Origin: an uncultured virus (IMG/VR IMGVR_UViG_3300042540_000681)
Taxonomy: Duplodnaviria > Heunggongvirae > Uroviricota > Caudoviricetes
Virus record (IMG/VR): IMGVR_UViG_3300042540_000681
Span: 1-64,000 of that record
Direction: 5' to 3' (one strand)
Length of the DNA stretch: 64,000 bases
The position numbers were made by a program, and so were the translations under genes. A model generated the notes under the pieces. It worked only from the letters and a program-made list of their open reading frames with translations, had not been told where the DNA came from and did no database searches. Below are positions 1 to 10,808 of this stretch, one piece after another. Each line of letters opens with the position of its first letter. Position 1 is the stretch's first letter.

Positions 1-2
1 TT

Positions 3-239
3 GAAGAAGCAGCACCCTATTTTGGAATGAAGATTGCTTGGGAAGGTGAAGGACTTGATGAAGTTGGATATGATACTTATTCTGGAAATCAAGTCATTCG
101 GGTCAATCCTAAATATTTCAGACCTGCCGAAGTAGAGACTTTATTAGGTGATGCTGCAAAGGCAAAAGAAAAATTAGGTTGGGAACCTAAAATTTCATTT
201 AAAGAATTGGTTGAGGATATGTGCGTTTATGGACAGTGA
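3..239 (+). CDS. gmd: GDP-mannose 4,6-dehydratase, C-terminal part (runs off window start)
   Basis: C-terminal motif V-N-P-K-Y-F-R-P-A-E-V-E-T-L-L-G-D-A-A-K-A-K-E-K-L-G-W; lies directly upstream of fcl. Confidence 0.92.
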   Translation, partial: EEAAPYFGMKIAWEGEGLDEVGYDTYSGNQVIRVNPKYFRPAEVETLLGDAAKAKEKLGWEPKISFKELVEDMCVYGQ

Positions 240-1155
240 TTCTAAAGTATTAGTTGCGGGTGCCAATGGAATGGTTGGATCGGCAATAGTCAGAAATCTT
301 GAAAGTAAAGGTTATACTAACATTATTAAAGGAACTCGTGGTGATGTAGATTTCACAAATCAAGATGAAACTGAGCGGTATTTCTGTTCAGAAGAACCTG
401 AGTATGTTTTTGTTGCTGCTGCCAAAGTTGGCGGTATTATGGCAAATAATACATATAAGGCAGATTTTCTGACCGAGAATCTTCAAATTCAAACCAATCT
501 GATCCAACAGTCTTATAACTTTGGTGTTAAAAAACTTCTGTTTCTTGGTTCTTCTTGCATCTATCCTAAGTTTGCAACTCAACCAATTACCGAAGATCAG
601 TTAATGACCGGTCCTCTGGAACCCACAAATGATGCTTATGCGATTGCTAAGATCGCTGGTATTATGATGTGTCAGGCATATCGCCAGCAATACGGCTTTA
701 ACGCTATTTCCTTGATGCCTACAAATCTTTATGGTCCGAATGATAACTTTGATCTAGAGACATCACACGTTCTTCCTGCGATGATTGCCAAGTTTCATAA
801 TGCAACTCAAAATAATGAATCAGTAAATCTTTGGGGTGATGGATCTGCAATGAGGGAGTTTTTGCACGTTGATGACCTTGCAGAAGCATGTTATATTTGT
901 ATGCAGGTTTATAATGAGTCAGAACATATCAACGTTGGTACTGGTGAAGATGTTAGAATATGGGAACTTGCAAACATTATTTCTGAGGTAGTTGGTTTTT
1001 CTGGAGAGATTTCGTGGGACTTTACTAAACCAAATGGAACTCTAAGGAAAGTTCTGAATGTAGACAAAATTAAATCTTTTGGATGGCAACCCATTATAAG
1101 ATTATATGATGGAATTCAAAAAACTTATAAGTGGTATTTAGAAAATATTATTTAA
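229..1155 (+). CDS. fcl: GDP-L-fucose synthase (WcaG/Fcl)
   Basis: GANGMVGSA Rossmann motif, AAAKVGGI, FLGSSCIYPK, YAIAK, MPTNLYGPNDNF; ATG at 229. Confidence 0.95.
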   Translation: MDSDSKVLVAGANGMVGSAIVRNLESKGYTNIIKGTRGDVDFTNQDETERYFCSEEPEYVFVAAAKVGGIMANNTYKADFLTENLQIQTNLIQQSYNFGVKKLLFLGSSCIYPKFATQPITEDQLMTGPLEPTNDAYAIAKIAGIMMCQAYRQQYGFNAISLMPTNLYGPNDNFDLETSHVLPAMIAKFHNATQNNESVNLWGDGSAMREFLHVDDLAEACYICMQVYNESEHINVGTGEDVRIWELANIISEVVGFSGEISWDFTKPNGTLRKVLNVDKIKSFGWQPIIRLYDGIQKTYKWYLENII

Positions 1156-1198
1156 ATTATTTCTAATGAAAGTAGCATAAAATTTATCAATATCCTCA

Positions 1199-2026
1199 AT
1201 GTTAGATTTTTCTGTAGGATTATCTGGATGTAAACTTGAATTAATTGATAGTAGAGTACTTAGAAAATATTCTTCATCAATCAATTATAACTCAAGACTT
1301 TTTTTGCAAGTTAATAAACAAGTTTTATTTTCTCATCGAATTTTAAAGAATATAGATACACCCAAAGTTCATAATATTCAGGACGGGTATTTTGATATGG
1401 AATACATTCCTGGAAAATCTTTTGTGAAATTTTTTTCTACATCTTCTATTAAGGATATAGAATTTGTCATTGATACTTTATTTGAATATTTTGATTCTCT
1501 TATTTCAAACTATCGATTGATTAATGTTCAATCAAATATTGATGAAAAAATTAAATTTTTAAAAAATAAAACTTATTATAAACATTATTTGGAATACATT
1601 GAACTTTTAATTGGCAAGCAAGATGTTTATGTTCCTAAAACTTTTTGTCATGGAGATTTAACTTTTAATAATATTATTTTTCATAAAAATAGATTATTTT
1701 TTATTGATTTTCTTGACTGTTATGTTGATAGTTTTATTTCTGATCTTGTCAAATTGAAACAAGATCTTTACCATCTCTGGGGTATCAAAACCCAAAACAT
1801 ACAGTCAAATAGATTGGAGCAAATTTATAAACATATCTGGAATCAACTTTATTATAGATACTCTAAATTTATTGATACTGATGAATTTGATATTTTAGAA
1901 GCAATGAATAGTTTGAGAATTGAACCTTACTTGACTTTTTCTGATCAAAGAAGTATACTTGATACAATGGTAAAATCGTCAAAGTTATATGCGGACTTTA
2001 ATAATTCCTATGGCGGGAAGGTCTAG
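1199..2026 (+). CDS. Aminoglycoside-phosphotransferase/choline-kinase-like small-molecule kinase
   Basis: MEYIPG, Brenner-type CHGDLTFNNII and FIDF motifs. Confidence 0.75.
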   Translation: MLDFSVGLSGCKLELIDSRVLRKYSSSINYNSRLFLQVNKQVLFSHRILKNIDTPKVHNIQDGYFDMEYIPGKSFVKFFSTSSIKDIEFVIDTLFEYFDSLISNYRLINVQSNIDEKIKFLKNKTYYKHYLEYIELLIGKQDVYVPKTFCHGDLTFNNIIFHKNRLFFIDFLDCYVDSFISDLVKLKQDLYHLWGIKTQNIQSNRLEQIYKHIWNQLYYRYSKFIDTDEFDILEAMNSLRIEPYLTFSDQRSILDTMVKSSKLYADFNNSYGGKV

Positions 2027-3047
2027 TCGTTTCCCAAATATGAGACCAAAATGGATGCTAACACATCCAATGACTAATAGATTTATGGTCACAGAATCTA
2101 TATTAGGATTAAATTTAGATTTTTTTGAAAGTATATATTTTATTTGCCTTCAAGAACATGAAGACAAATATAATTTTATAAAAGGTTTTACTGAAGAACT
2201 TGAAGAACTTCAATTAAATAAAAAATCAAATATTATTCTACTATCCAATCAAACTAAATCTCAGTCAGAGACTGTTTATAATTTTTTAAATAAAAATTCA
2301 TTAGATGGATTCATTTTTATTAAAGATTCTGATGGATATTATGAATGTGAATTGGTAGAAGAAAAAAACCAAATTGCATATTTTGATTTAAATGATATGG
2401 ATGATATTAATGCTAGAACTAAAAGTTATATTGAACTTGATATTAATGAAATAGTAACTAATATTGTAGAAAAACAAGTTATTAGTTCTACTTTTTCCAG
2501 TGGTGGATATGCTTTCTCTGATGCAAAAGAATTTTGTGTTACCTATGAGAAACTAAAAGACATGGAAGGTGAGTGCTATATTAGCCATATTATATTTGAG
2601 ATGATGTTATCTGGTTCTACTTTTTATGGTCTTAAAACTTTTAATTTTAAAGATTGGGGAACGCTTGAATCTTGGAACAAGTACAAATCTCAATATAAGT
2701 GTTTATTTGTTGATATCGATGGAACTTTGGTAACAAACTCCTCTATACATTTTCCACCTTATATTGGTAATGCCGATCCTCTTCAAGACAATATTAATTA
2801 TTTAAATTCTTTATATGCATCAGGTAAAGTAAAAATAATTTTGACAACAAGTAGACCAAAACATATGAAAGATATAACGGTCTCTGAATTAGAAGAAAAA
2901 AATATTTTATATGATGAACTAGTTATGGGATTACCTCATTGTAAGAGAGTGATCATCAATGATTTTGCAAAAAGTAATCCATATCCTTCTTGCGAGGCAA
3001 TTAATATACCAAGAAATAGTGATAATTTAAAGGAGTTCTTAAAATGA
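1989..3047 (+). CDS. Nucleotidyltransferase fused to a C-terminal HAD-family phosphatase domain
   Basis: N-terminal IIPMAGRSSRF...PKWML NTP-transferase motif; FVDIDGTL HAD motif I, LTTSR, IIND. Confidence 0.8.
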   Translation: MRTLIIPMAGRSSRFPNMRPKWMLTHPMTNRFMVTESILGLNLDFFESIYFICLQEHEDKYNFIKGFTEELEELQLNKKSNIILLSNQTKSQSETVYNFLNKNSLDGFIFIKDSDGYYECELVEEKNQIAYFDLNDMDDINARTKSYIELDINEIVTNIVEKQVISSTFSSGGYAFSDAKEFCVTYEKLKDMEGECYISHIIFEMMLSGSTFYGLKTFNFKDWGTLESWNKYKSQYKCLFVDIDGTLVTNSSIHFPPYIGNADPLQDNINYLNSLYASGKVKIILTTSRPKHMKDITVSELEEKNILYDELVMGLPHCKRVIINDFAKSNPYPSCEAINIPRNSDNLKEFLK

Positions 3048-4033
3048 AAATACTTTTAACAGGAGCGGCAGGTGGAATAGGATCTACTTTAGGATATTAC
3101 TTATATAAAAAAGGACACATACTTACATTTATTGATAATTTAAGAAATGGATATTTGGAAAATTTAACCATTAACGGTGAAACTTTTGGAAAATTTTATA
3201 ATCTTAGTATTTGTAATTCTAATCTAAATGAATTAATCAAAGATGATTATGATTGTATTATTCATCTTGCCGCTATTACCGCACTTCCTGATTGTGAAAC
3301 TAATGCAGTTGAAACTATTAATGTAAATGTTTCTGGAACAATGAATATTCTTGAATGTGCTAGGAAATGGAATGTTCCCCATGTAATTTTTGCAAGTACA
3401 AGTGCAGTTTACGAGAATAATAAAGAAAAAGTTTTTACTGAAGATTTAAAAGTAAATCCAAGACTTTGGTATTCTTTATCTAAAAAAATGTCTGAGGAAG
3501 TTTGCGAATCATACCGATTAAATTATGGTATGCCAGTTACTACACTCAGATTTTTTAATGTATTTGGTCCAAGACAAGATATTCATAGAAAACACCCACC
3601 TTTGATTAACTATATTGTTAGGGAAATTATGAATAATAATTCTCCAATACTACATTCTAATGGTGAACAGAGTAGAGATTATATTCATGTTGATGATGTT
3701 GTCAAATTGATTGATTTATGTTTAGAGAAAAAACCAGATGATACCTTTAATGTTTGTACGGGGACACTTGTTTCTGTAAATCAAATCGCAAGTTATATCT
3801 GTGAAGTGTTTAACACAAATATTAAACCAATTTATAGAGAAGCATCAAAACTTTGGGATAATTATCCAGAACTATTCGATGGGTTTTATTCACTCGATAA
3901 GCAAATTGTTGCAAAAGAAACCAATAAATATTCTAAGGGAACTTATCAAAAAGCAAAACAAATTTTGGGATGGGAACCTAATACAAATATTGAATTTTTA
4001 ATTAAAAAAGTGGTAAAAGAAATTTCCTTATGA
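3044..4033 (+). CDS. NAD-dependent sugar epimerase/dehydratase (extended SDR)
   Basis: TGAAGGIGS, HLAA, ASTSAVY, YSLSK, LRFFNVFGP, RDYIHVDD. Confidence 0.92.
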   Translation: MKILLTGAAGGIGSTLGYYLYKKGHILTFIDNLRNGYLENLTINGETFGKFYNLSICNSNLNELIKDDYDCIIHLAAITALPDCETNAVETINVNVSGTMNILECARKWNVPHVIFASTSAVYENNKEKVFTEDLKVNPRLWYSLSKKMSEEVCESYRLNYGMPVTTLRFFNVFGPRQDIHRKHPPLINYIVREIMNNNSPILHSNGEQSRDYIHVDDVVKLIDLCLEKKPDDTFNVCTGTLVSVNQIASYICEVFNTNIKPIYREASKLWDNYPELFDGFYSLDKQIVAKETNKYSKGTYQKAKQILGWEPNTNIEFLIKKVVKEISL

Positions 4034-4773
4034 AAATTGCATTATGTTTGTCTGGTCAACCACGTAATGCCATACAAACTTCTCAAAGAATTAAACAAAC
4101 TCTCATAGATGGTAATGATGTAGACGTTTTTCTACATTGTTGGTATGATCCTAATAATCTAGATTATGGCAAAAGAACTCCAGGGCATTGGGGTAGATCT
4201 TGTGACATTGATATGGATAAAAAACTTTTAGATATCTATGCTCCAAAATCTTTTTACTTTGAAAAACCAAAACATTGGGAAAATTCAAATATTAAAGTAA
4301 CAGAAGAAAACATTAAAAAATGTTTTGATTATGGGTTGGATGATCCAAATGGAATAGAATTTTTTGAAAAGTATACTATTGATAGATGCCATAGTCAATG
4401 CTATAGTAAAATGGTGGTCAATTTTCTTAGGGAAAATTATTCTATTGAAAATAATGTAAAGTATGATTTTGTAATTACTTTAAGATATGATGTAAGCCCT
4501 TCTGTTAAGATAGATTTTTTAAATTCAAAATTTGAATCAGATATCTTATATTATCAAGATTTAAATCAACCTTCAGGTATGATTAGTGATTGGTTTGGAA
4601 TGGGATCTCCTAAAATTATGAATGTTTGGAGTAGTCTATATTATCATTTTGAACCAGTTTATCATCAAGTAATGTCTGAAGAAAATATTTGGTGTGTTGA
4701 ATTATTACTTAGAAATCATTTAAAAAATAATCAAATTAAAACAAAGTCATTAGATTTGGGGGTATCATTTTGA
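4030..4773 (+). CDS. Putative glycosyltransferase-like protein (KIALCLSGQPR family)
   Basis: N-terminal KIALCLSGQPR, DVFLHCW, YDFVITLRYD, SDWFGMG; glycan-cluster context. Confidence 0.55.
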   Translation: MKIALCLSGQPRNAIQTSQRIKQTLIDGNDVDVFLHCWYDPNNLDYGKRTPGHWGRSCDIDMDKKLLDIYAPKSFYFEKPKHWENSNIKVTEENIKKCFDYGLDDPNGIEFFEKYTIDRCHSQCYSKMVVNFLRENYSIENNVKYDFVITLRYDVSPSVKIDFLNSKFESDILYYQDLNQPSGMISDWFGMGSPKIMNVWSSLYYHFEPVYHQVMSEENIWCVELLLRNHLKNNQIKTKSLDLGVSF

Positions 4774-5768
4774 AACATAAAAGAGTTATTGTGTGGGGGT
4801 ATAAATTATATTCTCATACACATTCATATATTCATTCCGGATATTATAATGCTTTTAAGGCACTTGGATATGAAACTTATTGGATTGATGGTTCAGATAA
4901 TTTTGATCCTCAACTGTTTAATGATGCTTTAATTTTTACTGAACAGTGGGCAGTTATTGGAAACCCAAATATTCCTCTATTCAGTAATTCAACTTATGCA
5001 GTTCATTATATTGGAAACAAAGATAATCGTGTAGAAGGTAATCCTGGAGCAGGCGCTTATCTTGGTAAGGTTGGACGATTGATTGATGTTAGATATAATG
5101 CTGATAAATGGGTTGATAAAAATTACAACTATTCTTTAGACCGCAGTAAAGCAACAAAGATTGGTGCTGGTTGTTATTTTGAGAAAGGTTCGGAGTATGA
5201 TTATTTTTATACAACCTGGGCAACTGACCTATTGCCCGATGAAATAAATTTAGAAGATATGTATATTCCCAAAGAAAATTATGTATTCTTTGCCGGAACA
5301 ATTGGTGGTGGTCAAGGTGGTCCAAAAGATTGTAAAACTGCACCACCTGAGTATGATAATTTAGTTTATTTAAATCCTTTTATTCGGGCTTGTGAAGAGA
5401 AAGGTCTTGAATTTAAGTATAACTGCCCTTGGATTAGTCCTCAATCTTTTGAAGAACAGAGGAAAATAATTCAAAAATCTTATCTTGCGCCCGATGTAAG
5501 ACACAAAGCATTTAAAGAGTGGGGTTATATTCCTTGTAGGAATTTCAAAAACATTAGTTATGGTCAACTGGGAATTACTAATTCAAAACCAGTATATGAA
5601 TTTTTTGATGGTAATATCATTTATAATGAGGATACATATCAATTATTCTTTGATGCTCAAAAAGAAAAAGAGAACTATGACTTAATTAAATCTCAAATGC
5701 TTTTTGTTAAAGAAAATCATACTTATATAAACAGAGTTAAAGAACTTATTGAAGTAGTTAATTATTGA
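4770..5768 (+). CDS. Putative GT-B glycosyltransferase (CgeB-like C-terminus)
   Basis: YIPCRNFKNISYG and VKENHTYINRV motifs. Confidence 0.6.
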   Translation: MKHKRVIVWGYKLYSHTHSYIHSGYYNAFKALGYETYWIDGSDNFDPQLFNDALIFTEQWAVIGNPNIPLFSNSTYAVHYIGNKDNRVEGNPGAGAYLGKVGRLIDVRYNADKWVDKNYNYSLDRSKATKIGAGCYFEKGSEYDYFYTTWATDLLPDEINLEDMYIPKENYVFFAGTIGGGQGGPKDCKTAPPEYDNLVYLNPFIRACEEKGLEFKYNCPWISPQSFEEQRKIIQKSYLAPDVRHKAFKEWGYIPCRNFKNISYGQLGITNSKPVYEFFDGNIIYNEDTYQLFFDAQKEKENYDLIKSQMLFVKENHTYINRVKELIEVVNY

Positions 5769-7279
5769 TTATTATGTATCTATTATCTTTTTGCTCCGAA
5801 GGTCCACCATATGATGAGGGATTTTCTTTGTTAGAAACATCTAACCAAATTAAAGAACGTTTAGCGCCATTTTTTGAAGATATTTTTGTTCATACAAAAC
5901 GAACTTTAAAACTTCTTCCTAATAGTGAAGACATTTGTAATTGTTATGATGAACCTTTAGATCAAAATACTCATGTTCACAATTTTGGTTATTTTGACTT
6001 TAAACCATTTTTGATTGATTATACGCTAAAAAATATACCAGAAGGTTCTTTACTTTTATACCACGACGGTAATTTTGTTAAGAACGAACAGTATTGGCAA
6101 ACTGATTGGGAGAACATTACATCCATTTCTGAAACTATGTTGAGTGAGAACTCAAGTGATGTTTGGTTTCAGATGGAAAGGGAAGGTTGTTATGTAAAGT
6201 CATCTGTTAAAGAATATACATTAGATTATTTCTTCAGTGAAGATGAAAAACGAGTAGTGAAAAATTCACATCTCATCAATGCTGCAAGAGTCCTAGTAAG
6301 AAATAATAATTTTGGAAGAAAATTTATTTCTGAGTATCTTGACTTATGTAAGAATAAAGATTTAATTGCAAAGAGTCCCAATCATAATCCAGACCCAGAA
6401 TTTCAATGGTCTTGTGGCGATCAAGATGTTTTGAATTGTTTGGTGTACCGATATATACTAGATGGAAAATTACCTAGAACTTTTCCAAGATTTTCTTTCT
6501 TATATCGGGTGTTAAGATACGAAAATAGACCATTTCTTTGGAGTGGTGTAAATAATGATAACTACCATTTTACTGGTATTAGCGAATTAAAAAATACGGA
6601 ATTATTAAATTATATGGAAAACGACTTACTTGAAATTAAAGAAGATGAAATACTTTCATTTTTAAATCTTGATAAACTAAATCAAAAAACTGACTTATGT
6701 GAAATATTCTATAAGTATGGGTGTTGGAAGGGATTATTAGGAAAAGACTCCGATCCTGGGTGGCACAATTATTCATCTTTATATGATTATCTTTTTAATC
6801 ATTTGAGAAATGAAAATCTCAATATTTTTGAAGTTGGAATTTATCATGGAGATTCTGCTAAAAGTTGGAGAGAATATTTTCCAAAATCTAAAATATATTT
6901 TGGAGACGTAAATGATGAATTTTTTTCTCATGTAGAAAATATAAATGATGTGCAATGTTTTCATTGCGATCAAGATGATCCACATTCCATACAAAATATG
7001 TGGACGAATTCTTCTTTAGTTGGTGTGAAGTTTGATATTATTATGGACGACGGTAAACATGAATTTAGTTCTAATTTAAATTTCTTTAGAGAATCCATCC
7101 ATAAACTTAAAGAAGGAGGTATATTTATTATTGAGGATCTAACATTTCCAACTTATTATGCTTTTGAAAATATTATTAATCAACTGCAGAATGATTATTC
7201 TCTAAACTATGTAAAACTTATGAAGTTACCTCATGAAAAAAATAACATTGATAATAACATTCTTTTAGTAATTAAATAG
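5765..7279 (+). CDS. Fusion: GT-like N-terminal domain plus class I SAM methyltransferase
   Basis: N-terminal FKPFLI..LLYHDG..DQDVLN; C-terminal HNYSSLY, IFEVGIYHGDS, DIIMDDGKH, LKEGGIFIIEDL. Confidence 0.7.
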   Translation: MIIMYLLSFCSEGPPYDEGFSLLETSNQIKERLAPFFEDIFVHTKRTLKLLPNSEDICNCYDEPLDQNTHVHNFGYFDFKPFLIDYTLKNIPEGSLLLYHDGNFVKNEQYWQTDWENITSISETMLSENSSDVWFQMEREGCYVKSSVKEYTLDYFFSEDEKRVVKNSHLINAARVLVRNNNFGRKFISEYLDLCKNKDLIAKSPNHNPDPEFQWSCGDQDVLNCLVYRYILDGKLPRTFPRFSFLYRVLRYENRPFLWSGVNNDNYHFTGISELKNTELLNYMENDLLEIKEDEILSFLNLDKLNQKTDLCEIFYKYGCWKGLLGKDSDPGWHNYSSLYDYLFNHLRNENLNIFEVGIYHGDSAKSWREYFPKSKIYFGDVNDEFFSHVENINDVQCFHCDQDDPHSIQNMWTNSSLVGVKFDIIMDDGKHEFSSNLNFFRESIHKLKEGGIFIIEDLTFPTYYAFENIINQLQNDYSLNYVKLMKLPHEKNNIDNNILLVIK

Positions 7280-7280
7280 T

Positions 7281-8027
7281 ATGGACTTAGGTGTATTTTA
7301 TATCTGCTACAAAGAGCAGGCGGCGATTGAGTATTCTTTGGAAAAATTTAGACAATTTTACCCAGAAAATCCAATTTATCTTGTTTCTGATAATGGTTTA
7401 GATTTTTCTTATCTAAAAGAAAATTTTGGAAATATTGAGACTATAAAAGAAACTACGGAGGTAGTTGGTATTGCTAGAGATGTAGATCAATATATTAGAG
7501 AAAACTCTGGAGATATTGACCTTTTTATGGGAATCTCACTTGAGTTTTTGAGAAGACTAAAAAATGGATGTGACTTTTGTAAAACCGAATATATGGTTTT
7601 AATGGAACCAGATGTTTTGGTACGAGGAGAGTTGCATCCATTTGATGCTGATCTTGTCGGACCAACGGCGAATGTAATGCCCAAAATCATTCAGAAATAT
7701 GTTATAATGAATGGAGGTAAAAATAATGGAACTTGGGGCCCCGCTGGCGGTGTCATGAAAACATCTTCATTTTATGGGATGTATGATAAGTTGATGAATG
7801 ATCTTGATAAACTTTCTGGTGGTTTGGAATTGGATCCAAGAATGATTTGTTATGATTACTTACTTGCTTTTCTTTTTTCTTTATTTGGGTATACTTATAC
7901 CGATAATCCAGACCAAACTGAGTGTATCAGAAATCCAAATTGGAAAAACTCTGGTCATCCATTATTGCATCAACATAGAGAACTTTATTCAACTAATTAC
8001 GGAGGAAAATGGCAAAATACAAAATAG
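7281..8027 (+). CDS. Putative GT-A fold glycosyltransferase
   Basis: FRQFYPENPIYLVSDNG and YMVLMEPDV (DxD-like) motifs. Confidence 0.55.
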   Translation: MDLGVFYICYKEQAAIEYSLEKFRQFYPENPIYLVSDNGLDFSYLKENFGNIETIKETTEVVGIARDVDQYIRENSGDIDLFMGISLEFLRRLKNGCDFCKTEYMVLMEPDVLVRGELHPFDADLVGPTANVMPKIIQKYVIMNGGKNNGTWGPAGGVMKTSSFYGMYDKLMNDLDKLSGGLELDPRMICYDYLLAFLFSLFGYTYTDNPDQTECIRNPNWKNSGHPLLHQHRELYSTNYGGKWQNTK

Positions 8028-8692
8028 CCAACTTTAGTAAAGATCCAGCAGGTTGGGAGCATGGTAATCCCTTTCATGGAGACACTTACATTATTGATAC
8101 TGTTTATGAGTGTATGAAAGATTCGGATATTTTTATTGAAACCGGAACTGCTTATGCTGAAAGTTCCTATTTTATTGCTGATAATTTTTCGGACAAAAAG
8201 GTATATACCTGTGAGATTGATGACTACAGATATTCGGTGTCTTATGATATCTTAAAGGATTTTAAGAATGTTGATATGCAAAAAATGCCATCACCAGAAA
8301 TTCTTCATTATGTCTTTGCCAAAGAACCAGATCTAAAAGATAAGAAAACCGTTTTTTGGTTCGATGCACATGGGGAGTGGATGGAAAAAGGACAGCATAT
8401 GTATTCCTGGCCCTTGTTTGATGAAGTCAATTTTGTAACTACTAATCTTAAAAATTATACAATTTTTATTGACGACTTCCAAAACCCATATGTTTCACAT
8501 GCTAAGTATGATGTTTGTGGTGGAAAAATTTGTGGACCATCCGAAGTTATGGGAGCATTGAATAGGGCTAAATTATATGTCCCAACATATACTGATGTTA
8601 CCTCAGAGTATCACGAAGATATTGTTGGAGTTGGATTGATTACTGATATGGAGGTTATTGAAAACTCAGCACAGTGGAAAGAGGTTGTTTGA
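8009..8692 (+). CDS. Putative SAM-dependent methyltransferase
   Basis: IFIETGT, VYTCEID, FWFDAH, IFIDD motifs. Confidence 0.65.
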   Translation: MAKYKIANFSKDPAGWEHGNPFHGDTYIIDTVYECMKDSDIFIETGTAYAESSYFIADNFSDKKVYTCEIDDYRYSVSYDILKDFKNVDMQKMPSPEILHYVFAKEPDLKDKKTVFWFDAHGEWMEKGQHMYSWPLFDEVNFVTTNLKNYTIFIDDFQNPYVSHAKYDVCGGKICGPSEVMGALNRAKLYVPTYTDVTSEYHEDIVGVGLITDMEVIENSAQWKEVV

Positions 8693-8693
8693 A

Positions 8694-9359
8694 ATGAATT
8701 TTAATAGTAAATTATTGAATGCAATTGATTTAGAGTTTTGTAGAAGTAAAGTTAAAGAGTATGGGTATCTTCAAAAATTTCCCCATGTTACTTGGGAAAA
8801 TGATGATGCTCTGATGAAGTGGTGTTTAATCGCAGATTATTTTGAAAAACTAGATCAAACTGGAAAAACTATCGTAGATCTTGGATGTTCTAGTTCTCCC
8901 CTACCTCATATCATCTCTTCATTGGGTCATGATGTAACCGGAATTGATATTAGCGATGTTAGTCATTCATTTTCCGGAAGTTTAGTTCGGATGGTTTTGA
9001 ATGATGCTCTTGCTGAAGTTAAGGATATGGAAAATAATTCAGTAGATTATTTTATAGATTCTTGCGCTGTAACACATTTTAATGGATCTCATACTAATAA
9101 AATTAATAATCAGGGATGGAAAGATATTGCAGAACAAGTTTATAGAGTCCTCAAACCTGGCGGTAAATTTATTATTGTTTCTGATGTTGATGTTGAAAAT
9201 AAATTTGGTGAGTTTATTAAACCGGAATTAGTTGTTAAACTGATTGAATCATCGGGTTTAACTTTGATAGGTTCTTGTGATTATTCTGAACCAGATCCTT
9301 TTACAATTCATTGTGGGAAATATACTCTACAAGTTGCAAATTTTATTTTTGAAAAATGA
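8694..9359 (+). CDS. Class I SAM-dependent methyltransferase
   Basis: IVDLGC, VTGIDI, YRVLKPGGKFII; ATG at 8694. Confidence 0.85.
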   Translation: MNFNSKLLNAIDLEFCRSKVKEYGYLQKFPHVTWENDDALMKWCLIADYFEKLDQTGKTIVDLGCSSSPLPHIISSLGHDVTGIDISDVSHSFSGSLVRMVLNDALAEVKDMENNSVDYFIDSCAVTHFNGSHTNKINNQGWKDIAEQVYRVLKPGGKFIIVSDVDVENKFGEFIKPELVVKLIESSGLTLIGSCDYSEPDPFTIHCGKYTLQVANFIFEK

Positions 9360-10234
9360 ATTGCGCTTTTTTATTTTCTGGACAACCTATTTTTTATGAT
9401 GAAAATATTAGTTATTTTTCCAATTATCAGATAGATGAAAATGATAAGGTTTGCTCTCATCTTTGGTGGGATAAATCTTATCATGAAAAAGTTTATAAGT
9501 TATGGTTTACTGATCGGTTTGGTGATGAAAATTTAGATAAACAATTTATAGAAAGATATAAGGTAACTGATTGTAGCGTTGAAAAGTATAAAGATTTTGA
9601 TATTACATTCTTTAAAAAATTTAATTTTGATGTTTGGAAGGGTGAAAGTATAGAGCATTATAAAATCATTACTCCAATAGTTTTATATGGTCTTCTAAGT
9701 CAAACTTATTCCAACTATCAAGCATTTTTACAAACTAAAAAATATAATGATATTGATGTCGTTATTAAATCTAGACCAGATGTTATTTTAACTAAACCAA
9801 TTAAAGATATATTATCCCAGGTTACTCTAGAGTCAAATACAATATATTTTCAAAGTTCAATGAATGGTGGTCATTTGTATGCTGGAGAGTTTCCTAATAA
9901 TCCTTGCGATTGGTTTTTCTTGGGAAAACCAGAATCTATGGAAAAGTTTTTATCTGGATGGTATGAATTTATTCCAAGTGTTTATGAAAATGGCGTAATT
10001 CATGTAAGAGACTATTGTATAGAAGTTTGCTCTAGGAAAAATTTAAAAATCGGATTGGGTGACTTTGGAGCGATCATATATAAACAAGCAACAGATTGGT
10101 ATGAGAAATATAAAATTGATTCCAAATTTTATATTCATAATTTTGACTACGAATCTTGCAAACCTTTACAAGTTAATATGTGGCCAAATTGGGTTGAGCA
10201 TGTTAACTTTGAACATTTTAAAAATATGAAATAA
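9356..10234 (+). CDS. Putative glycosyltransferase-like protein, paralogue of 4030..4773
   Basis: CAFLFSGQP, SHLW, DVVIKSRPDV, CDWFFLG. Confidence 0.5.
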   Translation: MNCAFLFSGQPIFYDENISYFSNYQIDENDKVCSHLWWDKSYHEKVYKLWFTDRFGDENLDKQFIERYKVTDCSVEKYKDFDITFFKKFNFDVWKGESIEHYKIITPIVLYGLLSQTYSNYQAFLQTKKYNDIDVVIKSRPDVILTKPIKDILSQVTLESNTIYFQSSMNGGHLYAGEFPNNPCDWFFLGKPESMEKFLSGWYEFIPSVYENGVIHVRDYCIEVCSRKNLKIGLGDFGAIIYKQATDWYEKYKIDSKFYIHNFDYESCKPLQVNMWPNWVEHVNFEHFKNMK

Positions 10235-10235
10235 A

Positions 10236-10808
10236 ATGGCAAAATCATTCAAACAAAAAGCAAAAGAAATCATCCAACATTACAGTTCTACCCCTTGGAC
10301 TGGTTGTAGTGATAAAGGATCAGATCATTCTTACGAACTTTTTTATCCGGAAGTATTTGAAAAAGTCAAAGATAATAAAGATCTTTGTATCTTGGAGGTG
10401 GGAGTATCTTCTGGATATAGTTTGAGAATGTGGAGAGACATTTTTTCGGATACAACTAAAATTTATGGATTTGATAAAGAATATTCGAATCTCCAACTTA
10501 CAGAAGAAGAGAGGGAACGATTTATTTTCTTACCTGAGGGATCGCAAGATGATCCAAGTTTATTTGAAAACTGTCCACAATTTGATTTAATTATTGATGA
10601 TGCTTCTCATGATCCAGGTCTTACATTAAAAACTTGGAACATTCTTAAATCAAAACTTAAGCCAGGTGGTTATTATATTATTGAAGATGTTGATGATAAT
10701 CCAGGATGGAAAGTCTCTGAATATCTTGATACTTTTGAAATTGTTGATTTGAGGGTAAATAAAAATAAGTATGATGATATCGTCTATCTTTATAAAAATG
10801 AAAACTGA
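10236..10808 (+). CDS. Class I SAM-dependent methyltransferase
   Basis: SDKGSDHSY, ILEVGVSSGYSL, FDLIIDDASH, LKPGGYYIIEDV. Confidence 0.85.
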   Translation: MAKSFKQKAKEIIQHYSSTPWTGCSDKGSDHSYELFYPEVFEKVKDNKDLCILEVGVSSGYSLRMWRDIFSDTTKIYGFDKEYSNLQLTEEERERFIFLPEGSQDDPSLFENCPQFDLIIDDASHDPGLTLKTWNILKSKLKPGGYYIIEDVDDNPGWKVSEYLDTFEIVDLRVNKNKYDDIVYLYKNEN

